From the human T2T-CHM13v2.0 reference genome, Homo sapiens, in the NCBI RefSeq assembly GCF_009914755.1, contig NC_060936.1: a stretch of DNA of 64,000 nucleotides; one strand, given 5' to 3'. Positions 53,776 to 64,000 of this stretch are shown piece after piece. Numbering within the stretch: the first letter of the stretch is position 1; every line of letters begins with the position of its first letter. Made by a program: the position numbers and the translations under genes. Under the pieces are notes generated by a model, which was not told the DNA's origin, did no database searches, and worked only from the letters and a program-made list of their open reading frames with translations.

Positions 53776-56700
53776 AATTAAACAGTTTGGAAACTCTCTT
53801 TTTGCAGGATCTGCAAAAGGATATTTGGAGAGCTTTGAGGCCTTTTGTGAAAAAGGAAATATCTTAACATGAAAACTATACAGAAGGTTTCTGAGAAACT
53901 TTGTGATGTGTGCATTCGTCTAACAGACTTGAACCTTTTTTTGGATTGAGCAGTTTGGAAACACTCTTTTGGTATAATCTGCCCAGGGATATTTTTGGGC
54001 CTATGGAGGCCTATGGTGAAAAAGGAAATATCTTCACATAAAAATTATACAGAAGCTTTCTGAGAAACTTCTTTCTTATGTGTGCATTCACCTCACCAAG
54101 TTGAACTTTTCTTTTGATTCAGCAGTTTGGAAACAGTGTTTTCATAGATTCTGCACAGACATATTTGTGAACGGTTTGCGGCCTATGGTGAAATGGGAAA
54201 TATCCTCACATTAAAACTAGACAGAAGAATTCTGAGAAACTTCTTTGTGATGTGTGCTTTCGTCTCACAGAGTTGAACTTTTATTTTGATTGAGCAGTTT
54301 GGAAAGAGTCTGTTTGTATAATCTGCACAAGGATATTTGTGAGCCCATTGAGGCCTATGGTGAAAATGGAAATATCTTCATGTAAAAAATAGAAAACAGC
54401 TTTCCTAGAAACTTCTTTGTGATGTGTGCATTCATCTCACAGAGTCGAACTTTTCTTTTGATTGAGCAGTTTGTAAACAGTCTTTTTGTAGAATCTGCAA
54501 ATGGATATATGGAGCTATTGGTGGCCTATGGTGAAATAGGAAATATCTTCACATAAAAACTAGACAGAAACTTTCTGAGAAACTTCCTTGTGATGTGTGC
54601 ATTCATCTGACAGAGTGGAACCTTTCTTTGGATTGAGCAGTTTGGAAACAGTCTTTTTACAGAGTCTGCACACGGAAACCCACGAGTGGTTTGTGGCCTA
54701 TTTTGAAAAAGGAAATATCTTCACAAAAAAACTAGACAGAAATATTCTGAGAAACTTCTTTGTGATGCGTACATTCATCTCACAGAGATGAACCTTTCTT
54801 TTGATTGGGCAGTTTTGAAACACTACTTTTATATAGTCTGCAAAGGGATATTTCTGAGCAGTTTGACGCCAATGGTGAAAAAGAAATACCTTCAGATAAA
54901 TACTAGACAGAAGCATTCTGAGAAACTTCTTTGGGATGTGTGCATTCATCTCACAGAGTTGAATATTTCTGTTGATTGAGCAGTTTGGAAACCGTCTTTT
55001 TGTAGAATCCACAAAGGGATATGTTTGAGCCCTTTGAGTTCTGTGGTGAAATAGGAAATATCTTCACATAAAAACCAGACAGAAGCCTTCTGAGAAACGT
55101 CTTTGTGATGTGTGCTTTCATCTCACAGAGTTGAAAGTTTCTTTTGATTGAGCAGTTTGGAACGACTCTTTTTGAATCATCTGCACAGGGATATTTGTGA
55201 GCCCATTGAGGTCTATGGTGAAACAGGAATTATCTTCAAATACAAACTAGACAGAAGGTTTCTGAGAAACTTCTTTGTGATGTGTGCTTTCATCTCACAG
55301 AGTTGCACCTTTCTTTTGATTGAGCACTTTGGAAACAGTCTTTCTGTAGAATCTGCAAATGGATATTTGGAGAGCTTTAAGGCCTATAGTGATAAAGGAA
55401 ATATCTTCACATAAGAACTAGAGTGAATCTTTCTGAGAAACTTATTTGTGATGTGTGCATTCATGTCACAGAGTTGCACCTTTCTTTTAATTGAGCAGTT
55501 TGGAAACAGTCATTTTGTACAATCTGTAATGGGATATTTCTGGGTGGTTTGAGGCCTATGGTGAAAAAGGAATATCTTCAGATAAATACTAGACAGAAAC
55601 ATTCTGAGAAACTTCTTTCTAATGTGTGCATTCATCTCACAGAGTTGAACATTTCTTTTGATTGAGCAGTTTGGAAAGTCTTTTAGTAGAATCTGCACAG
55701 CGATAATTCTGAGCGGTTTGAGGCCTATTTTGAAATGGGAAATATCTTCACATATAAACTAGACTGAAGCTTTCTGAGAAACTTCTTTTTGATTTGTGCT
55801 TTCTTCGCACAGAGTTGAAACTTTCTTTGATTGAGAAGTTTGGAAACAGTCTTTTTGTAGAATCTGCATCAGGATAATTTTGAGTGGTTTGAGGCCTATG
55901 GTGAAAAAGGAAATAACTTCACATCAAAACAAGACAGAAGCTTTCTGAGAAACTTATTTGTTATGTTTGCTTTCTTCTCATGGAGGCAAAATTTTCTTTT
56001 GGTTGAGCAGTTTGTAAAATGTCTTTTTGTAGAATCTGCAAATGGATACTTGGAGCGATTTGAGGCCTATGGTGAAAAAGGATATATCTTTACATAAAAA
56101 CTAGACAGAAACTTTCTGAGAAACTTTTTTGATATGCACATTCATCTGACAGAGTAGAAACTTTGTTTTGATTGAGTAGTTTGGAAACAGTCTTTTTGCA
56201 GAATCTGCACAGGGATATTCGTGAGCGGTTTGTGGCCAATGGTGAAAAAGGAAATATATTCTCATAAAAACTGGACAGAACCATTCCGAGGAACTTCTTT
56301 TTAATGTGTGCATTCATTTCACAGAATTGAACCTTTCCTTTGATTGAGCAGTTTGAAGACAGTGTTTTTGTAGAATCTGCACAGAGATATTTGTGAGCTG
56401 CTCGAGGCCCATGGTGAAGTAGGAAATATCTACAAATAAAAACTAGACAGAACCTTTTTGAGTAACTTCTTTGTGATTTTTCCATTCATCTCACAGAGTT
56501 GAAAATTCCTTTTCATTGGGCAGTTTTGAAATGTCTTCTTGTACAATCTGCAAAGGGATAGTTCTGAGCTGTCTAATGCCTATGGTGAAAAAGGAAATAT
56601 CTTCACTTAAAAACTAGGCTGAAGCATTCAGAGAAACTTCTTTGTGATGTGTGCATTCATATCACAGAGTAGAACCTTACTTTTGATGTAGCAGTTTGGA

Positions 56701-59700
56701 AACAGTCTTTTTGAAGTATCTGCAGAAGGATATTTCTGACCAGTTTAAGGAATATGGTGAAAAAGGAAGTACCTTCACATAAAAACTAGACAGAAGCATT
56801 CTTAGAAACTTCTTTGTGATGTGTGCATTCATCTCACAGAGTTGAACCTTTCTTTTGATTGAGCAGGTTGAAAAGAGCCTTTTTGTGGAATCTGAGAAAG
56901 GATATTTGTGAGTGGTTTGAAGCCTATGGTGAAAAAGGAAATATTTTCACATAAAAACTAGACAGAAGCTTTCTGACAAACTTCTTTCTGATATGTGCAT
57001 TCATCTCACAGACATGAATGTTTCTTTGATTGAGCACTTTGTTAACAGTCTGTTTGTAGAATCTGCAAAGGAATATTTGGAGCACTTTGAGGCCTATGGT
57101 GAAAAAAGAAATATCTTCACATAAAAACTAGACCAAAGCTCTGAGAAACTTCTTCATGATGTGTACATTCATCTCATAGATTTGAACCTTTCTTTTGAGT
57201 GAGCAGTCTCGAAACAGTCTTTTTGTAGAATCTGCAAAGTGATAACTGTGAGCCCCTTGAGGGCTATGGTAAAAAAGGAAATATCTTCACATAAAAACCG
57301 GACAGAAGCCTTCTGATAAACTTCTTTGTGATGTGTGCTTTCATCTCACAGAGTTGAAGCATTCTTTTGGTTTATCAGCTTGGAAACAGTATTTTTGTGG
57401 AATGTTCAAAGTGATATTTGGAGCAATTTGAGGCCTGTGGTGAAAAGGAAATATCTTCACATAAGGAGTAGACAGAAGCATTCTGAGCAACTTCTTTGTG
57501 ATGTGTGAATTCATCTCACAGACTGAACCTTTTTTTTTGATTGAGCAGTTTGCAAAGAGTCTTTTTGTAGAATCTGCAAACAGATATTTTTGAGCACTTT
57601 GAGGCCTCTGGTGAAAAAGGAAATATCTTCACATAAAAACTAGACAGAAGCATTCTGAGCAACTTCTTTTAAATGTGTGCATTCATCTCAGAGAGTTGAA
57701 CTTTCCTTTTCATTGGGCACTTTGGAAACAGTGTGTTTGTAGAATCTGCAAAGGGATATTTGGAACACTGTTAGGCCTTTGGTGAAAAAGGAAATATCTT
57801 CACATAATAAGTAGGCAAAAGTTTTCTGAGAAACTTCTTTGTGATGAGTGCATTCATCTCACAGAGTTGAAACATTCTTTTGATTAAGCAGTTTGGAAAG
57901 AGTCTTTTTGTAGAATCTGCAAAGGGATATTTGTGAGCCTTTTGAGGCCTATGGTGAAAAAGGAAATATGTTGACATAAAAACTACACAGGACGTTTCTG
58001 AGAAAGTTCTTTGTGATGTGAGCTTTCATCTCACAGACCCGAACCATTCTTTTGAAAGATCAGTTTGGAAACAGTCTTTTTGTAGAATCTGCAAAGGGAT
58101 ATTTGGAGCACTCTTAGGCCTATGGTGAAAAAGGAAATATCTTCACATAAAAATTAGATAGAAGCATTCTGACAAACTTCTTTGTGATATCTGCATTAAT
58201 CTCACAGTTTTCAACGTTTCTTTTCATTGAGCAGTTTAGAAGCAGTCTTTTTGTAGAATCTGCAAGTGGATATTTGGAGCGCTTTGAGGCCTATGGTTGA
58301 AAAGGAAATATCTTCACATAAAAACTAGACCGAAGCATTCTGAGAAACTTCTTTGTGATGTGTGCATTCAGCTCAGAGGTTTGAACCTTCCTTTTGATTG
58401 AGCAGTTTGGAAAGAGTCTTTTTGTAGTATCTCCAAAAGGATATTTGCGATCCCTTTGTGGCCTATGGTGAAAAAGGAAATATCTTCACGTAAAAACTAC
58501 ACAGAAGCTTTCTGAGAAACTTCTCTGTGATGTGTGCATTCACCTCACAGATTTGAAACTTTCTCTTGATTGAGCATTTTGGAAACAGTATTTTTGCACA
58601 ATCTGCAGTAGGATATATGTGAGCTGTTTGAGGACTATGGTGAAAAAGGAAATATCTTCATATAAAAACTAGATGGAAGCTTTATGACAGACTTCTTTAT
58701 GATGTGAGCATTCATCTCTGAGAGTTGTACGTTTCCTTTCATTGAGCAGTTAGGAAACATAATTTTTGCAGAACCTGAAAAGGGATATTTGGTGTGCTTT
58801 GAGGTGTATGGTGAAAAAGGAAATATCTTCACATGAAAACTAGACAGAAATTTTCTGAGTAACTTCTTTCTGACGTTTGCATTCACCTCAAAGATCTGAA
58901 CATTTTTTTTGATTGAGCAGTTTGGAAACAGTCTTTTTGTAGAATCTATAAACAGATTTTTCTCAGCTCTTTGAGGTATATGGTGAAAATGGAAATATCT
59001 TCACATAAAAAATAGACAAAAGCATTCTGATCAACTTATTATTCATGTGTGCATTCGTTTCACAGATTTGAACCATTTTTTGATTGAGCACTTTGGAAAC
59101 ATTCTGTTTGTAGAATCTGCAAATGGATATTTAGAGCACTTTGAGGCCTATGGTGAAAAAGGAAATATTTTCACATAAAAACCAAACCAAAGGTTTCTGA
59201 GAAACTTCTTTGTGATGAGTGCATTCATCTCACAGGGTTGAACCTTTCTTTTCATTAATCCATTTAGAAGCAGTCATTTTGTAGAATCTGCAAAGGGATA
59301 TTTCTGAGCCATTTGAGGTTTATGGTGGAAAGGGAAATATCTTCACATAAAAACTGGATGGAAGCTTTCTGGGGAACTTTTTTGTGAAGTGTGGGTTCAT
59401 CTCATAGAGTTGAACCTTTCTTTTCATAGAGCAGTTTGGAAACAGTCTTTTTATAGAATCTGCAACTGGATATCTGGAGCGATTTGAGGCCTATGGTGGA
59501 AAAGGAAATATCTTTACATAAAAACTAGACAGAAGCATTCTCAGAAACTTCTTTGTGATGTGTGCATTCAATTCACAGAGTTGAACCTTTCTTTTGATTG
59601 AGCAGTTTGGAAACACTCTTTTTGTAGTATCTGCAAATGGATATTTGGAGTGCTTTGAGGCCTATATTTGAAAAGGAATTATCTTCACATAAAAACTAGA

Positions 59701-62700
59701 CAGAAGCATTCTGAGAAACTTGTTTGTGAGGTGTGCATTCATCTCACAGATTTGAAAACTTCTTTTAATTGAGCAGTTTTGAAACACTCTTTTTGTAGAA
59801 ACTGCAAGTAGATATTTGGAGCGCTTAGAGGCCCATGGTGAAAAAGGAAATATCTTCACATAATAACCAGACAGAAGCATTCTGAGAAAGTTCTTTGTGA
59901 TGTTTGCATTCATTTCATAGAGTTGAGCCACTCTTTTGATTGAGCAGTTTGGAAACAGTCTTTTTGCAGAATCCACAATGGGATATTTTTGAGCCCTTTG
60001 AGGCCTATGGTAAAAAAGGAAATATCTTCATAAAAAAACTGGTCAGAAGCTTTCTGAGAAACTTCTTTTTGATGTGCACTGTCATCTCACAGAGTTGACA
60101 CCATTCTATCAATTGATCAGTTTGAGAACAGTCTTTTCTAGAATCTGCAAAGGGATATATGGAGCAATTTGAGTCCTATGGTGAAAAAGGAAATATCTTC
60201 ACATAAAAACTAGACAGAAGCTTTCTGAGAAACTTCTTTGTGATGTGTGCATTCAACTCACAGAGTTGAATATTTGTTTAATTGAGCAGGTTGGAAATAG
60301 TCTTTTTGTAGAATCTGTAAGTGGTTATTTGGAGCGCTTTCAGGTCTGTGGTGAAAAAGGAAATATCTTTATATAAAAACTGGACAGAAGCATTCTGAGA
60401 AACTTCTTTGTGACGAATGCATGCATCTCGTAGAGTAGAACGTTTCCCTTGATTGAGCAGTTTGGAAACAGTCTTTTTGTAGAATCTGCAAAGAGATATT
60501 TGTGAGCCCTTTGAGGCCTATAGTAAGAAAATAAATATCTTCACATAAAAACTGGACAGAAGCTTTCTGAGAAACTTCTTTGTTATGTGTGCTTTCATGT
60601 CACAGAGTTGAACAATTCTTTCAATTGAATAGTTTGGAAACAGTCTTTTTGTAACATCTGCAAGGGGATATTTGGAACAATTTGAGGACTATGGTGAAAA
60701 AATATATATCTTCACATAAAAACTAGACTTAAGCTTTGTCAGAAACTTCTTTGTGATGTGTGCTTCCATGTCACTGAGTTGAACATTTCTTTTCATTGAG
60801 CAGTATGGAAATAGTCTTTTTATGGAATCTGCAAAGGGATATTTGGAGTGCTTTGAAGCAAATGGTGAAAGAGGAAATATCTTCACATAAGAACTAGACA
60901 GAAGCATTCTGAGCAACTTCTTTGTGATGTGTGTATTCATCTCACAGAGGTGAACCATTCTTTTGATTGAGCAGTTTAGAAAGAGTCTTTTTGTAAAATC
61001 TGTAAAAGGATATTTGGAGCAATTTGAGGCCTATGGTGAAAAAGGAAATATCTTCACAAAAAACTAGACAGAAGTATTCTGATAAACTTCTTTGTGATGT
61101 CTGCATTCATCTCATAGAATTGAACCTTTCTTTTGATTGAGCAGTTTAGAAACAGTCCTTTTGTAGAACCTGCAAAGGGATATTTGTGAGCCCTATTTAG
61201 GCCAATGGTGAGAAAGGAAATATATTGACATAAAAACTGCACAGAAGGTTTCTGAGAAAGTTCTTTGTGATGTGTGCTTTCATCTCACAAAGTTGAATCA
61301 TACTTTTGATTGAGCACTTTGGAAACAGTCTGTTTGTAGAATCTGTGAAGGGATATTTGGAGCACTTTGAGACCTATGGTGAAAAAGGAATTGTCTTCAC
61401 ATAAAAAGTAGACCAAAGCTTTCTGAGAAACTTCTTTCTGATGAGTGCACTCATCACACAGAGTTGAACCTCTCTTTTGATTGAGCAGTTTGGAAACAGT
61501 CTTTTTGCAGAATCTGCAAATGGATATTTGGAGCGCTTTGAGGCCTATGATGAAAAATGATATATCTTCACATAAGGACTAGACAGAAGCCTTCTGGGAA
61601 ACTTCTTTGTGAAGTGTTATTTCATCTCATAGAGTTGAACCTTTCCTTTGGTTGAGCAGTTTGGAAACAGTATTTCTGTACCATCTGCAAAGGAATATTT
61701 GTAAGCCCTTTGAGTCCTATGGTATAAAAGGAAATATCTTCATGTAAAAACTGGACAGAAGCTTTCTGAGAATCTGCTTTGTGATATGTGGTTTCATGTC
61801 ACAGAGTTGAACCATTCTTTCAATTGATCCTTATAGAAACAGTCATTTGGTAGAATCTGCAAAGGGATATTAGGAGCAATATGAGGCCTATGGTTAAAAA
61901 GGAAATATCTTAATATAAAAACTAGACAGAAGCTTTCTGAGAAACTTCTTTGCCAGGTGTGCATTAATCTCACAGAGTTGAATGTTTCTTTTGATTGAGC
62001 ACTTTGTAAACAGTCTTTTTATATAATCTGAAATGGATATTTGGAGCGATTTGAGACGTTTGGTGAAAAAGGAAATATCTGTACATAAAAACTAGACAGA
62101 AGCTTTCTGAGAAACTCCTTTGTGACTTGTGCATTCATCTCAGAGAATTGAAACTTTCTTTTGATTGAGCAGTTTGGAAAAAGTCTTTTTGTAGAATCTG
62201 TAAACAGATATTTGGAGCGCTTTGAGGCCTTTTGTTTAAAAGGAAATATCTCCACATGAAAACTAGACAGAAGAATTCTGAGAAACTTCTTTGTGATGTG
62301 TGCATTCATCTCACAGAGTTGAACCTTTCTTTTGATTGAGCAGTTTCGAAGCAGTCTTTTTTTAGCGTCTGCAAACAGATATTCATGAGCACTTTGAGGC
62401 CTATGGTGAAAAAGTAAATATCTTCACATAAAAACTAGACCAAGGCTTTCTGAGAAACTTCTTTTGATGAGTGCATTCAGCTCACAGATTTCAACCTTTC
62501 TTTTGATTAATCCGTTTGGAAACAGTCTTTTCATAGTATCTGCAAAGGGATATTTGTGACCCCTTTGAGGTCTATGGTGAAAAAGGAAATATCTTTACAT
62601 GAAAACTAAACAGAAGCTTTCTGAGAAACTTCTTTGTGATGTGTGGTTTCATCTCACAGAATTAAACCTCTCTTTGGATGGAGCAGGGTTGGAAACCATC

Positions 62701-64000
62701 TTTTTTTATAATCTGCAAGTGGATAGTTGAATTTCATTGAAGCCTATTGTGAAAAAGGAAATATCTTGACATAAAAACTAGACAGAAGCATTCTCAGAAA
62801 CTTGTTTGTGATATGTTCATTCAACTCTCAGAGTTGACTCATTCTTTTGATTGAGCAGATTGGAAGCAGATTTTTTGTAGAATCTGTGAAGGGATGTTTG
62901 GGAGCCCTTTGAGGCCTATGGTGAAAAAGGAAATATGTTCACATAAAAACTAGACAGAAGTTTTCTGAGAAACTTCTTTGTGATGTGTGCTTTCATCTCA
63001 CAGAGTTGAACCTTTCTTTGATTGAGTATTTTGGAAAAAATCTTTTAGTAGAATCTGAAAAAGGATATTTGGAGTGCTTTAAGGAGTATGGTGAAAAAGG
63101 AAATATCTTCACATAAAAACTAGACATAAATTTTCTGAGAAACTTCTTTGTGACGTGTGCATTCATCTCACAGACTTGAACCTTTCCTTTCATTGAGCAG
63201 TTTGGAAACAGTCCTTCTGTATATTCTGCAAAGGAATATTTGTAAGCCCTTTGAGTCCTATGGTAAAAAAGGAAATATGTTCACATAAAAACTGAACAGA
63301 AGCTTTCTGAGAATCTTCTTTGTGATGTGTGGTTTCAACTCAGAGACTTGAAGTGTTCTTTTGATTGATCAGTATGTAAACAGTCATTTGGTAGAATCTG
63401 CTAAGGGATATTTGGAGCAATCTCTGGCCTATGTGAAAAAGGAAATATCTTAATATAAAAACTAGACAGAAGCTTGCTGAGAAACTTCTTTGTCAGGTAT
63501 GCATTCACCTCACGGAGTTGAACCTTTCTTTTGATTGAGAACTTTGGAAACAGTCTGTTTGTAGAATCTGCAGATATTTGTGAGCACTTTGTGGCCTATG
63601 GTGAAAAAGGGATTATCTTCACATAAAAACTAGACAGTAGCTTTCTGAGCAACTTCTCTGTGATGTGTGCCTATATCTCACAGATTTGATACTTTCTTTT
63701 GATGGAGCAGTTTGGTAACAGGCTTTTTGTAAAATCTGAAAACGGATATTTGGAGTGCTTTGAGGCGTATGGTGAAAAAGGAATTATCTTCACATAAAAA
63801 CGAGACAGAGCTTTCTGAGGAACTTCTTTGTGATCTGTTCTTTCATCTCACAGAGTTGAAACTTTCTTTTGATTGAGTAGTTTGGAAAGAGCCTTTTTGT
63901 ATAATCTGCAAATGGGATATCTGTGGGCCCTTTATGCCTATGGTGAAAAAGGAAATATCTTCACATAAAAACTGGACAGAAGCTTTCTAACAAACTTCTT

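Larger units (their letters stand above)
38411..64000 (+). repeat. Alpha satellite, family B (interrupted by two LTR5 copies)
   Basis: Monomers with ACTAGACAGAAG, GGAAACAGTCTTTTTG, GCAAAGGGATATTTGTGAGC or GCAAATGGATATTTGGAG, and GGTGAAAAAGG/GGTGAAATAGG. The left boundary is approximate. Confidence 0.96.

Overview
The window is essentially all primate alpha-satellite DNA (~171-bp monomers), divergent and 'monomeric' as in pericentromeric flanks. Monomers carry the A-type (pJalpha) box and I saw no intact CENP-B box. There are no protein-coding or RNA genes, and the ORF track is satellite, Alu or LTR read-through noise. Two monomer families occur: family A (ACTACACAG / GCAAGTGGAT / GGTGGAAAAGG) and family B (ACTAGACAG / GCAAAGGGAT or GCAAATGGAT / GGTGAAAAAGG or GGTGAAATAGG). 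They are laid out as A(-) 1-~8960, B(-) ~8961-15267, a sharp polarity switch, A(+) 15268-~38410, then B(+) ~38411-64000. Three retroelements interrupt the array, all on the minus strand: an AluY-type element with a 15-bp TSD and two HERV-K(HML-2) LTR5 solo LTRs. The two LTRs derive from one integration duplicated inside a ~4.4-4.9-kb satellite unit, and the second has a ~390-bp deletion sealed by a templated insertion. The most notable structure is that the B(-) block is a rearranged, collinear inverted copy of 40155-~47275, partly ~99% identical. It ends exactly at the polarity switch and has excess substitutions next to the breakpoint. I found no new gene system; the interest here is satellite rearrangement history. 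Identities are by-eye estimates.
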